Of a DNA stretch of 64,000 bases, positions 1 to 12,770 are shown one piece after another. The stretch is from Lama guanicoe. Taxonomy: Eukaryota. Both the position numbers and the translations under genes were made by a program. Under the pieces are notes generated by a model that had not been told where the DNA came from, did not search any database, and saw only the letters and a list, made by a program, of their open reading frames with translations. Each line of letters opens with the position of its first letter. The stretch's first letter is position 1. The stretch lies in assembly GCA_013239625.1 (NCBI GenBank), contig MU054098.1, forward strand, positions 1,489,104-1,553,103, written 5' to 3'.

Positions 1-195
1 CGTTACGATACACGAATACGAAGTTTAAGAGCATGTAAAACAATCACATATTGATTATGGATGCGTATATGTAGTAAAAGGCATGCGTGGGGGGGGGATG
101 CACGCACGGAGTGTGTAGAGGGGCACGCATGAGAACGACAGACCCCTTGCTAAGGGTAGTGGTGACGTCTTGTGGAGAGGGGGAGAGAATTCAAC
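1..195 (+). mobile_element. Old L1 (L1MC/L1ME-like) 3' UTR fragment, unusually CpG-rich
   Basis: Resembles old L1 3' end (atatgtagtaaaag...gggtagtggtgacgtcttgtggagaggggg); about 11 CpG in the first 170 bp. Confidence 0.45.
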
Positions 196-204
196 TGGGA
201 AGGG

Positions 205-415
205 TTGCTCACAGGGCTGCCATAACCAGTTACCACAAGGTAGGCGGGTGGCTTGAAACAACATAAAAGTTTAATCTCCCACAGTTGTAGCAGCCAGCAG
301 TCTGAAAGCAAGGTGCTCCAGGGGAAAATCCTCCTCCTCTTCTCCAGTTTCTGCTGCCTCCTGGCATTCCTTGGCTTGTGGCAGGAGAACTCCAGTCTCT
401 GCCTCTGTCTTCACA
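205..415 (-). mobile_element. MaLR (MLT1-type) LTR fragment
   Basis: agggctgccataacc...ggtggcttgaaacaac...ctggcattccttggcttgtggc...tctctgcctctgtcttcaca is typical reverse-strand MLT1 sequence. Confidence 0.8.
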
Positions 416-1555
416 AACTGGACAAACTGTAGCATATGTAAGCTGTAAAGTTTTCAGGGCAACGTTCAGTTAAGGGCCTGCATGCCACGTGTAAAATTAT
501 TTGAAAGTTTCAAATCAACTAATAAGCTATTAAACAAGGTATCTCATCTACCAAATAAATACACCATCTTGATTGCCAGGAAACCAACTTCAGATTTAGA
601 ATACTTTGCATATTTCAGGGTTTTTTCCTTGTTTAGCTCGTTACGCTAATTTAAAATCACAAAGCTATCGGTAACAAGTTTGTGTTAGCAATAGTTGCGT
701 GATATTGAAGAGGGCACATTAGGAGACCGGGAGTCTCCAGGTCTGTCCTCTCCTGGGCCAGGCGTATTAGTTCTCCATGGCTAAACAAAACCAAATTACC
801 ACATAAATGATAGAAGGATCAAACTACAGGAACATACCTAATGTAATCAAGAGTGTAACATTCCATTGACATTTTCACATTCTGATGGTTAGAAGAAAAT
901 CACAGGTCCAGGCCAACTTAAGGGGATGGAAAATTCAAGAGCAGGAATAAGAAAAAGTTTGAGGGTCACTTAGGGTCTGTGTACAATACCTGTTGTGTGC
1001 GTACAATACCTGGGCTCCTCAGAGTTCTGTTCCAGCGATGTGGGGAAAGGGGGACCCCCACCCCAGGCCACTGGTCCACATCACAGGCCCCAGGTCCAGC
1101 CTCTTCCTCTTCTCTACTCACTCTGAGCTCCATTCCTCACCTCAAGAGATCTCACATGCACATACGTGGATGTTGAAGTCCACTTGTCCCCTGTTCCCTG
1201 AATATAGTCACCAACAGTTGGTTTCCTCCCAGTCCTGGAAGTAAGTATAACAGTGGCAGTGCCACTTAACCCTCAGAAGCACAGGTCCAGGGAAGAGGAG
1301 CATGCAGGCTTCTTGGAACTTGGGGTTTAGGGCCACCGTGCAGCAAATTCAGGACCCCTGATACATGGAACAAGGTTGGGAGCAGGCTGTGTGCACATCT
1401 CCTTGATCTCACACACTGCACCCTTGGCTGTTTGCAGAGAGATGAAGCTGGAAGAGGGTGGTAGTGGCTCCCCTAGAGTGTGGGATCCGTGACAAGCCCC
1501 TCTAGCCTGGGTCTCAGAGCAGTAGTAAGACCAGCAGCTGGTTCATCACAGACAC

Positions 1556-2378
1556 TGTGACAGCCAGCCTCTAAGAGCACCCCAATGATCCTGTCTCCTG
1601 GTGTTCATGCCCCAGAGTAGAGCCCTACCTCATTTAATAGAGATGACCTATGTGACCAAGCATTTGTCATGCAGCAATAGAAAACAAAACAGATGTTGTC
1701 ACAGAGTAGGATTTTGTGGTAAACAACAACAAACAAGCAAACACCTGAAAGGTGGGAATGGCTTTGGAAATGGCCAGAGGGCAGAATCTGGAAGGACTTT
1801 GAAGAGAGTGTTAGAGATAGTCAAAGATGCTTTGAAGAGACCATTATCAGAAGCCTGATGGCCATCGTGGAGCCTGCCTGTGAGTGTAAAGGGAAGTACA
1901 AAAAACGTTATTGGAAACTGGAGGAAAGGATCCCTTTTTAAGTAGTGTAGCGGTGTGGGAATTAAAAAAAAATGAAGTGTTGAAGGTGCTGCCTGTCTTC
2001 TTACCATTCATGGCAAGATGGGAGACAATAAAGTTAAAGTAAAGGACGGACTTTAGCTTAGATAAAAAGGGAGACAGAACCTGCTGCTTTGAAAATCCCC
2101 AGCCTCTCCTAGATGGCAAAAGATACTAAAGTTAACGAAAGGCTTCTAGGCAAAGGCAGCATCTAGAAGCCTTCCAGAAAAATATGATGTAAAGATGAAG
2201 CCAAGGATGTGACAATAAGTCCTCTGTTTAGGCCTCAGGACAATCTGGGCCAGTACCTCAGAGATCCTTAAAGTGACAAAACAGGACTTCTAATAGAAGT
2301 TGAAGGATATTATTCCTAAGTAGTCTCAGGAGAAGCCCAAGGCCCAGAGGACTTATCTCAGAGAGTTGTGGATGTGCC
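1556..2378 (+). mobile_element. MLT1 LTR (internally deleted) followed by MaLR internal sequence
   Basis: LTR start tgtgacagccagcctctaag...ctcctggtgttcatgccc, LTR end ...atgcagcaatagaaaacaaaaca (~1691), then MaLR-int-like gtgggaatggctttggaa...ggaaactggaggaaaggatccc. Confidence 0.75.
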
Positions 2379-2842
2379 TGTGAATGAAAAATACTGCAGA
2401 GAATACTAGTAAACAAAGAATGCAGAAGCTATCAAATCATCAGCGGCTGCCGCACCCCCCAGGGAAGACAAGCCTGCAGCCCAGCCTCTGCAGCCACTCA
2501 CAGCAGTGCGCCCTGAGGGGACTCAGAATAAGAAAGGACAGGATACTGGCCCTAGATAGCTGGGTGCTTGTCAAAGGGATGAATTCAATGAGCCCAAACG
2601 TTTGGTCCCTCCCATACATAGAAAAGAGCTAAATTCTTTTAACTTGAGATGCCTGCTTTTCTTTAGTTAACAACTAATCTTGTAATGTTCCAACTACCTG
2701 GCTTTTGTTGTAAAGCTCCTATGTATCCTAGGTCCTCCCCTACCTCTTTGGAGCAGTCCTTCAGAGCGATCTGGGAGGCTGTCATCCGGCCAAATAAAAC
2801 ATAACTCTCAACTTTTAGGCTGTGCATTTATCTCAGTTGACA
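2379..2842 (+). mobile_element. Solo ERV LTR (class I-like), copy 1
   Basis: TGTGAA...TTGACA termini, AATAAA near 2792, clearly homologous to the inverted copy at 24435-24928; flanks (tgcc / atac) do not form a TSD. Confidence 0.85.
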
Positions 2843-5800
2843 ATACAAATAAAACCCATGAGAACTCTTCTCCTTAATATTTTCTATCATTTCCTCATGA
2901 AAATCACTGCAACAGAGGCCACCTTGTGACTTCCTGAGAAAGGTAAACATGGGAATGAATTCTGTGAAAAAAAAATTATTATCGGAGCCTTGGTGTTTAA
3001 AAACAATGAGTTCCTATTGAATTATGCATCACTGTCTTTGAAATCTGCATGCAATTTCAGTGTTCTAACTTCTTCACAGATTTACCTGAAGGAAAGAGAA
3101 GCAAAGGAGACGGACTAATTGAGAGCATTCAATCATTATGCTATAGATATTGTCATTTATTGTGCCTCTAAAATATCTGGCATATACTTTTTCCAAAGTG
3201 ACATTTCAAGAATTTCTGATACCATCTATGTTAAAAGAGAAAAGCAGTAGCGTGGATAATCAAACAACCAGTGACAGTAAAATGTAATTTTTTTGCCTTA
3301 ACTTGAGCATAACTGGATTTGCTTCTTTCTGGAAGTTTACATTCCTTAACATCATACCAATTTACAGAGAGCTTCTCTTTCCCACATGAAAGGCAACGTA
3401 TTAGCAAAAGTAAGAGGTAGAGAAGGCTACTGTGGAGTTGTCTCCTTCTCTTTCCCCATTCAGTGTGCATCTTCTCTCTCCAACTCTTTTTCTCACTCTC
3501 CAATACTGATCACAATTCCAAACCTGACTTCTGTTTCCTACCAACGCCAACAAAGATGCATGCTCTAATTGTCATATCCGGGGCCTCTTGATTGTCCTCA
3601 GAGAATTTGAAAACCAACCTATTTTAAAATCCAAAACAAGGAGGACCCAGGAGTAGAATAATTGCCTAATGGAGGGAACATTTCAAAAGAACAAATTCTA
3701 CCCAGAAACCTCTGTATTTATTCTGGTTGTATCAGGTGCTGTGTAAAGAAAAAAAAAACCATTAATTACAATGCTAGACACAGTAAATACCCGCCCCCAA
3801 AAACCTTTTTGATTTGCACTGCATTACAATTACAATGCCAAGCACTTGAACGTATATGCCATCTAGTTTTTTGTAACCATTAATATCCTAAGCACAATGA
3901 TCTGGCTGAGTAAAATATTTGCAGTTTGCTTTTCCTCCACCATGAGCAGACGGCAATGTATACTCCACTGCAGGATAATATCTCTAGACTGAAGTCCAAC
4001 CTGTGGTAAGTGGAAATGTCAACCTTGGACTTAATGAATCCCAAGCACAGCATTAGCTCACTGAAGTAGAAGGGGAGAGAATTTTAAGGCTTCATTTGAT
4101 TTCATAAAGGGGAAGAAAATCACCACCTCTATGATTCATACCATGAAATAGCCAATGAGGAAATGAAGCTTCAGTTTTTACCACCGACAAATCCTGATCT
4201 GGGGGTTACACTGCCTTCATGAAGAAAGGCACTAGATCAGGGTTTGATGGGCTTTGTCTGGTGTTCATGATTATATTTAATGTTGCCAAAAAAAGAAACT
4301 CCAACAATGACTCTGCATACCATTTGTCTCTTTGATGTCCACACAGCCAGAAAAAAATTACTTGTCTTTGGGAGAAAGAGATCCGTAAAGAATTCCTAAT
4401 ACTGAGAGCTAGGTCAATTTACCTGATAGTCAGATACTACACCTAATACTTTTAGATTTTCCAACATGGGGAGAACTGCTTTCCCATCATAAACGAGTAT
4501 ACAAAACAATGGCAGTATGGGCAGCTGAGTTCTCATGGTGAGAGGGAGCCCAATGGTGAGGCACAGGATTCTTGTGCATGTTGGACACCGATAAGAAAAA
4601 CACTGTGAATTTTCAGAACAATAGTATTTATTCTTATTAGGGCAGGTTGGTAAGGACTATATTTTTAGAAATTTTTTATACTAATTTAATGTCTTACCAC
4701 AAGTAAAAGGTGTCACGTTTGTTTTATTGAGGGTTTCTAGGCATCACACACACTGTACCTCAATAGATATGCCGTCTTCTCATCTCTAGTTTTTCCTTAA
4801 GATTATAGAAAAAAGTATACTGAGAAATAATCATGAGTCATGTTTGGCACAATCAAGATTTCATTACTCACCTAATTAACATCTTATCTCCATTCGTTAC
4901 AGTAGCAGCAATCATTATGTTCTGTTTTGGTACCCAATTCTGCCTTTCTTGAAGCACTTGTTTACAGTGTCTTTGGTCATCATCTCAATATACATCTAGG
5001 CTTCATCCATACTTGTGATGAGCTAGAGCTGGGGGTTAAAAACCTGAAAGGAAGTATGGGGGGCATGGCAAGTTGGTGCCCCCTCTCCTTAAGGATTGTA
5101 GAATGAGCTGCTTCAGGTTAACCATATACTACAGTGGAAGTGGTCTGAACTACCCTGAAGGGTTCATTTGCTTGTGCATCGGAAATGGAGTGTAACTTCA
5201 CTATACTGCAGAGATTGCTGGTTACTCATTAGCTCTTTCAACTTCTGGAGAGGAAATGAAATTAAGTTAAAAATTTTCAACCACCGTAGGGAGTTGACAG
5301 TGTAGACATCTGCATTGTTCTCTAGCTAAGACTTCTCATGTAGGCCATTTGCTGCCTGAGGAAGGTAAAATGAAGACAGATCTATTCCTTCTCCTACTCT
5401 CCCTTTTCTCATCTTCTCTCCACTCAAGTAGGGAACATGTTTTGACCTGCAGAGAAATAAGCAGGGTGTCTAAATTGTGTCCCCAGGCTGCACAGCAGAG
5501 TAAGAGTACAACTGAAGCAGGTGTAGTGCTAGGGGAAAGGGTGGGGAGGAAAGCTATTCAATCCGAGAACAGTGCTCTATGTGGGAAGAGAAAAGGGAAA
5601 ATAGAAATAGAAAAAGGGAAATAACAGTTTCAGCCTAGCAGCCAGTCCCCAAGTTAAAAGCAGACAACACTAAGAAATGAGAGCATACAATATAAAGAAC
5701 ACTTCTCGGTCGCTCTGAACTTTACCAGCTCTTGAATATCTTGTCAGGACAGTCAGGGTACTCAAGTTGCATCAAATATATACTTTAATTCAGGAGTGCT

Positions 5801-6879
5801 AGATGCACTGCAGAGGGAGGTGGATGAGAGGGAAGAATTGCAGCTGAGCAAAGATTGTGACAGTGGCCTTTGCCCCCTTCTACTTAGCTGTCAAGTTTAC
5901 AAAAGGCCTGGGAGAAAACCAGAAATCTCCCTCTGCACTTTTCAAAAAAAAAAAAGAAATAAGCTAGTTCTGGGAATATTCCTATTGAGAGAAAAAAAAA
6001 AACCTGGAGCATCTTATCTGAATTTCTGATATATATGTGTGCCTATCAATCCCAGCCTATCAGTCCCCTGCCCCTCATCTTCCACCAATATAAAAATCGC
6101 TAATGCCATAAAATCATATGTAAACATTAGAATTGTTTAACAGTTATTCTGCATTATTTATACAGACTCACAGAAAGGGTCTCATCATCTTATTTTGTCA
6201 TCTACCAATATGTAAAACCCAAAAAGTCTGAGATCCTCTGAAGGAAAAGAAACTGTCTAAAGATACTATCTTTCTAGTAGTGCAGGGTAGATTTAAATAA
6301 GACTGCACTCAAATGAGCTGATTGTACCTAGAGTGGCACAGGCTTTAAACAACTCCATGTTTTCTCATAAGCTTTTCCATTAGAGTAGATGATGGGGCAC
6401 AGATGTTGAAAGGATTTGTTAGCACACACTGTGAGAGCGGACTGATTTTCTGACTTACGCATATCAGGCAATGGCAGCTGGACACCAGCCTAGTAGCTCT
6501 CTTGAATGCATGATGTTAAGGATTCTGCAATGTTTTGATTCATTATACAGTCCTAGCTGAGCTAGGAAGGCACAGTGATATTTAGTATCTGACACTAGAG
6601 GGAAGAGATAGTATAATTTGTGTGGGGGGTGCGTGGGAAAGATATAATAATTTGGAGGACAATTAATTTGATAATAACTTTATAATAATTTCTATAAATG
6701 ATAAATAGATTATAAATCGTAAGAAAATTAGTATTAGCATATACCATGAAACAGTCAGTCTTTCGAAAACACGTAGCTACCCATTTCTGCATACTTTTTC
6801 TACCTCAGTGACATCCTCCCACCTCTGGAACCACCTACAGTGTTTACTGCTGAATCATTCAATTTAGAATTTATCTTGA

Positions 6880-7050
6880 GGTAATGGAAAGTGCAGTGGA
6901 CTGTGAAGCAGGAAATTCTGGTCCAGCCTCTGCCACCAAATAACCGTGGGAAATTTGAGCAAGCACCTCCACTACTCGATCCTCTGTTTCCTACCATGGG
7001 AAATAAGAAGCCTGGATTAGTTAGTTGAATCACTAATATCCCTTCTACCT
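6880..7050 (+). mobile_element. MIR fragment
   Basis: ccagcctctgccacc...cctctgtttcctacc..tgggaaataa core-like sequence. Confidence 0.55.
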
Positions 7051-7662
7051 TCCACATCCTGTCATTTCCAAATATTGTTCTCCAACTGCTTCATGCGTAT
7101 CAAATAATCTCAGGGTTGAAAGAGGCCTTAACAGCCTACTCCACATACCCACCCAATATCTGAAACATTACAGTATAACACTGATGTCAAATGGCTATTC
7201 AGCCTTTGCAGAAACACCTCAGTTCTCAGAAACTCAGTATCTTTTGTGGTGGCTCCTTCTATCTGTTTATACTTCAGACTACCACAAAGTTCTTAAAATA
7301 ACATCAAAATTAAGTATTTCTGTTCAATGAAAGATACCATGAATAGTGTTAATGAACAGAAAACTGATTGAAAAAAGATAAAGTGCCTAAAACTGAAAAT
7401 TAATAATATCCAATATATAAGAAACTACTCAAAATAAGCAGGGAAATGATAGAAATTACAATCGAAACTGAGCAAATTATCCCAATAGCAGGTTTACTGA
7501 TGAAGAAAGCCAAATATTAACAAATAATTAAAGAGACTATTTAACACAAATAATCAGAGATATGAACTTAAAACAGTGAGTTCTCAGTTTACATCTATTA
7601 CACTGATCCAAATTAAAACAGTAATAATCTGGCAAATATTGGCAGGGATGTGAGAGTAGTTC

Positions 7663-9218
7663 AGGCCTCTGGATGGCCCAAGGGACAGATGAAGTCCTTG
7701 CACATTTTTGAACAGTCAACAATAATGGGTTTTACATTTTTGATACGTGATAAAGAATAAGAAGAACAAACAAGATACGCAACAAAGACCTTATAACTTA
7801 TTGAGTGGCTGGGCCCTAGCCCCACCCACTAGTAGGCCAACACAAGCTTTGGGACACCCAAGACTTCACATCTAGTTGTGTCAGGAAATGGCCCCACCCA
7901 CCAGTGGATGGGGATCAGCCCCAGGGTCTCCTGGACCCTGACTTCACACACCAGTAAGCCAGCACTAGCCCAAAGGCCCCTCAGGGTTTTTCAGCCAGCT
8001 GTATCAGAACTCAGCCCCATCAGTGGCCAGTAGCCACCAAACAAGGCAGGGCCTGGCAACCAGTTGGACCGGGGCCAATGAACCCTACCAAACCACCCAC
8101 AGTAGTCAGCCTTCCACAAAAGAAGGACCCACACAGCCCACAGAGGGGGCACCCTTACAGCAATAAAAAGAAAAGACAACCTAGCGAATCAGAGAAAATA
8201 TTTGCAAATGATATGACTGATAAGGTGTTAATATCCAAAATATATAAGCAGCTTATAGAACTCATCATCCAAAAAATAAACTACCTGATTGAAAACTGAG
8301 AAGACCTGATAGACGTTTTTCTGAAGAAGACATACTGATGGCTAACAAGCACATGAAAAGATGCTCAACGTTGTTAATCATCAGGAAAGTGCAAATCAAA
8401 ACCATAATGTCGTATCACCTCACACCAGTCAGAATGGCTATTATCAAAAAGACCACAAATAACAAATGGAGAGAATGTGGAGGAGGAAAAAAAACATTTG
8501 CACACTTTTGCTGGGAATATAAATTAATGCATCCACTGTGGAAAACAATATGGAGGTTCCTCAAAAAAACTAAAAATAGAACTACCATATGATCTAACAT
8601 TTTTACTCCTAATTCAAAAAGATACATGCACCTCAATGTTCATAGCAACATTATTTACAATAGCCAAGAACAGAAGCAGCCTAAGTGTCCATCAATAAGC
8701 AGATGGATGAAGAAAATATGGTATACATACATAGTGCAATAATACTTAACCGTGAAAAAACTGAAATGTTGCCATTTGCAACAGCATGGATAGACTTGGG
8801 AAGTGTTATATTTAGTGAAGTATGTCAGGCAGAGAAAGACAAAAACTCTATGATATCACATATATGTGGAATATAAAAAATAAAACTAGTGAACAAAAAA
8901 GAAACAGATTTACAGATATAGGGGGCAAACCAGTGGTTATCAGTGGGGAGAGTGAAGGGAGGGGGGGCAAGATAGGGGTAGGGTATGAAGCGGTACAGAC
9001 TATTATGTAAAATAAATAAGTAACAAGGATGTATTATACACCACAGGGAATACATCAAATATTTCATTTTAACTAAAAGTGGAGCATAACCTTTAAAAAT
9101 TGTGAATCACCATGTTATACACCTGATACTTATATAATATAAATCAACTATACTTCTATTTTAAAAGACTGAAATACTTAATATCTGGTCCTTTACAGTT
9201 AAAATTTGCTAACCCCTG
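7663..9218 (+). mobile_element. MER58-like hAT-Charlie element split in two (7663-7795 and 9166-9218)
   Basis: 5' part ...aatgggttttacatttttt...gcaacaaagacc and 3' part aaatacttaatatctggtcctttacag...tttgctaacccctg resemble MER58. Confidence 0.7.
7797..9165 (+). mobile_element. Internally deleted L1: GC-rich 5' UTR segment joined directly to ORF2 C-terminus and 3' UTR
   Basis: 7797-8160 is homologous to the L1 5' UTR at 36915-37655; from 8161 the ORF2 C-terminal peptide follows (MANKHMKRCSTLLIIR...HLTPVRMAIIKK, HPLWKTIWRFLKK); 3' UTR ends aaatcaactatacttctattttaaaa. Confidence 0.85.
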
Positions 9219-9532
9219 GGCTTCAGGATCTTTCATGTACTGTTATTGGAAGGAGTCATTCTTGAGAACAATATGGAACTATTTAGTCAAACTAGGTATA
9301 TGGACACGTGTAACCCAGGATATATGTTCTCACAAACATAGGTTCAAAGGGGTACATGTCCAGAGCTATTTACTTCAATGCTGTTTATGGTGGTAAATAG
9401 TTGGAGGTGACTGGGAAATTCATAACTTGGTGTTTGATAAGTAAAATATGCTGGATGTACATTGTGGAGATTATGTAGCATTTAGAAATGACAAACTAGA
9501 TATACATGTGGCACATTATATAGAACTTTAAA

Positions 9533-9624
9533 ACATAACAAATGAAAAAGCAAATTAAATAGAATAAGATCTTATCTCACATAACAAATGAAAAAGCAAA
9601 TTAAATAGAATAAGATCTTATCTC
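9533..9624. repeat. Perfect 46-bp tandem duplication
   Basis: acataacaaatgaaaaagcaaattaaatagaataagatcttatctc occurs twice in tandem with no mismatch. Confidence 0.95.
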
Positions 9625-11834
9625 AATACCATTTATGTAAACTAAAAATACACAAGGACAAGACAACAAAACACACTTTACAAGTAGTCTTAAACATTAA
9701 AAGATTAGAACAACTTCCTGGAGGGAATGAGAAATGGAAAAAGATAAAAAACAAATGAACAAATATGGACCTTGCAAGCAAAAATGCTATCAGTTTGCCA
9801 TCAGTTGTGGAATATGATTAACTCAACCCTCCACTTTGATGCTGTTAGGAAAAAAAAAGTTGTTAAGATGATAATTTTTTTCTCTGTGTAATTCTATCTA
9901 TTCTTTGGTCCAGTTATATTCTCTGTCATACAAAACAAACACAATGTTTTTTTCCACACATGCCAATGACAACTCTCGCCGTCTCAGGTCCTCTTTATCC
10001 TACATAAACAGTTCTAGCACCCAGATGAGTTTTCCCAGTGTGACAGAAATGCACATGGTATTCATGTGTAGGATAACTATCATGTAGGTGAAAGGAACTT
10101 CTTATTTAATTCCGAACACTACACTTCTCTCAAAGAGGTCTAACCTGGAATTAGGAATAGGGATATGTTCTAACTCTTCCCAGTCTTACACCACATTTAA
10201 CCCTGCACTAGACATACAGCAGTAACTTTGCAAATGTGCTTTGGTTAATTGACTGTACATTAAGTATATACTTCTTCATTGCATACAACTAAATAATAAA
10301 TCAGCACAGGCTTAGTTTCTTGGACAAATGTGTCCTGGACTGGACATACAGATAATAAAACCAATCTATCATAAACTCAAGTGATGAATTTCAACAAACA
10401 GTACAGAACTAAAATTTCCTACAAGTAATTGGATAAAGTCAAAGCTCTAGTCAATGAACTTTAATGGGGTCACATATGATATGAGATTAAATGAATTATT
10501 TTCTGATGGCTTGGGGATTTGACAGTGTTGGTGAATGTCATGTCTATATGAAGGAATATATTTTGTGGATTCACTTAGTTTACAGAAATAACGGTTGTTA
10601 TTCTGATGCCACAATTATCTATCATTTCTCTGACTTCTAACTCCAAATCCCTCTAAAATGGTAGACTCAATTATAATTGATAACCAGAGAACTGAGTCTA
10701 CATGTGGATTAACAGAATTTTAATAAAAAAGAAACTTTAATCTTTAAAGCTGATTATATACTTGTAATGGAGAATTATATGAATATTTTTAGGAAACTTG
10801 AAGGAAAAGTGGAGAACTCAAAGAAAGAATATTTAAGGCTTTACAGGACCTATTTAGCAGTATTATTCTTATTTGTATCAGAGCATCTCATAGTAGAAAA
10901 GTGTTTCACCTCTTTCTAATCCAACACACTCTGAAACATAGCATAAGCTTTCACCATCTCCCTCCAAAATTGAAAGTTTACTTATGAGACCTAGAATACA
11001 TTTTTCAGGCTCTGAAGGTGAATGTTCCATGACTTTTTGCTATATATCTGCCTGGAAATTTTCCATCCCAGAAACTAAGCATGCTTAAATAAGACTTATT
11101 TGCATATCTGCACGTCAACAGGGCCACAAAGAGCTTTCACAATGAAAGCAAAAATACCAAAGTGAAACAGACACAGTTGCGACTCTCCAAATTTCAAGAA
11201 GTTGTATGAGCTTCTGATAATCCATCTCACTGTCTCTTCATTGCCAGTAGGTTTATCACAACTTCCACAGTTTGATTTTTAAGCAGGCTTAATTGTAAAG
11301 TGTTGCAATTAGCTCACTAAAGTGTTTAAGGCAAAGTGAAGAATTGTAATTCATTTTGTAAAGATTCAGGAGGACAGGAGAGTCAGGAAAGGGACTCATT
11401 CACTTTTCCTCGGATACTCTTGATCCTCTTTGGGTGTAGGTAAAATTCAACAAACTGAATTGACATTCACTTCTGATTGTAAAATATGTTTATATATCTT
11501 TTATGCAGTTTTAATTTCTATCATCCGTAATGCCTGAAGAGGAAGGAAGTAGTTAACTTGGGGAAATTTTTCTGTTTTTATTTGGGTTTGAATTTTGAAG
11601 CTGGGTACATGCAAAACTGTGATAAGCAAGCTTTAACTTGCAACAGAAATTTGATTTGAATGCCAATAAGCCTAGTATTAGACATTTCAGGCTACTTACT
11701 AGGCAAGAATTCATAGGGGAAATCAACTTTTTCTTTCCTGATATGCTCATCAAAACTCTAGGTCTTCATTTTATTTGAGATGTACTGAACGTTTATGACT
11801 TCACAGAATGGCCTAGAGCGTAACTTTCTCTGCA

Positions 11835-12290
11835 ACAGTTGGTTGCCTACAAATATCCACTTCCCCTTCTTTTTCTTTGCAAAGACCCAATTTATTTCAT
11901 GTTTCCAGCCCTTCCCCACATGACTCAAGGGCTAAGGATCCTATTCTTGGCCCAAGGCACAAATCTGGATCAATCTAGGCCAATTATTATAATTATTATG
12001 TTCCTAATTCCCATTGCCAGTGTTTGGTTTAAGGGTAATCGTGAACTGTGGCCAAAGAGACATGAGTTAAGATTTGTTAGGGGCCTCTGAGAAATACTTC
12101 CTCATTCCTCAGAAAGCGCCAATGGCATGGCCCCTTTTCTGCCTCTGGATATTGTCATATCTGCATAAAATACATGGAACTGCTGCAGCCATCTTGTGAC
12201 TATAAGGGAAATCACCGTTAGGATGAAGCTGATAATAAGTTCAGAAAAGTAGAGAAACAGAATGACTCATGTACCTAACCATTTAAACTT
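11835..12290 (+). mobile_element. ERVL LTR (LTR16-like) relic
   Basis: ttggttgcctac...cttccccttc...ggaactgctgcagccatcttgtgac motif string typical of the LTR16 group. Confidence 0.6.
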
Positions 12291-12529
12291 TATTCTTTCT
12301 AAGCTATTAAGAAATACCATTTATAAAAATTTACCATAATTATTCCATCCTATCCATGTAAGTTCTCAAAGATAAGTAATAATAGTCTTCACTTTTTCCA
12401 TCTGCATTTAAAAATTAAACTAATGGTTAAATAGTGGACTGAATGCATGTGTTTTTCTCCATTCTTACCTGAAACTCTTAAATAATGATAATAATATAAA
12501 ATACTATTAGTAGTGATAATAATAATAAT

Positions 12530-12770
12530 ACCAGTTGCTATTTATTGATCAGGTACTTTGTGCCAGACACTGTTCTAAATACTTTACATGTACTAATTCC
12601 TATGATATAGGTATTATATTATCCCTATTTCTCAACAAGAAAATAAATGAAAACAGAGATCCAGACAAGTTAAGTAAATTGCCTATGATCTCCTAATGGT
12701 AATAATGGCACCAATGGATTCAAACCCAGACAGTTCAGTTCTAGAACCGGTGCCCTTAAACACTATGAGT
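12530..12770 (-). mobile_element. MIR
   Basis: tttattga...tgtgccagacactgttctaaatactttaca...aagttaagtaaattgcc...ggattcaaacccagacag. Confidence 0.85.

Larger units (their letters stand above)
7300..9830 (+). mobile_element. Old L1ME-like 3' region interrupted by a MER58 element and a younger L1
   Basis: Degraded ORF2-3' sequence 7300-7660 (ggcaaatattggcagggatgtg) resumes at ~9220 (cttcaggatctttcatgtactgtt) and runs into 3' UTR-like sequence. Confidence 0.6.

Noticed and set aside
6551..6567. 17-bp palindrome tcctagct-g-agctagga
   Set aside because: One 8-bp-arm palindrome is expected by chance in 64 kb.
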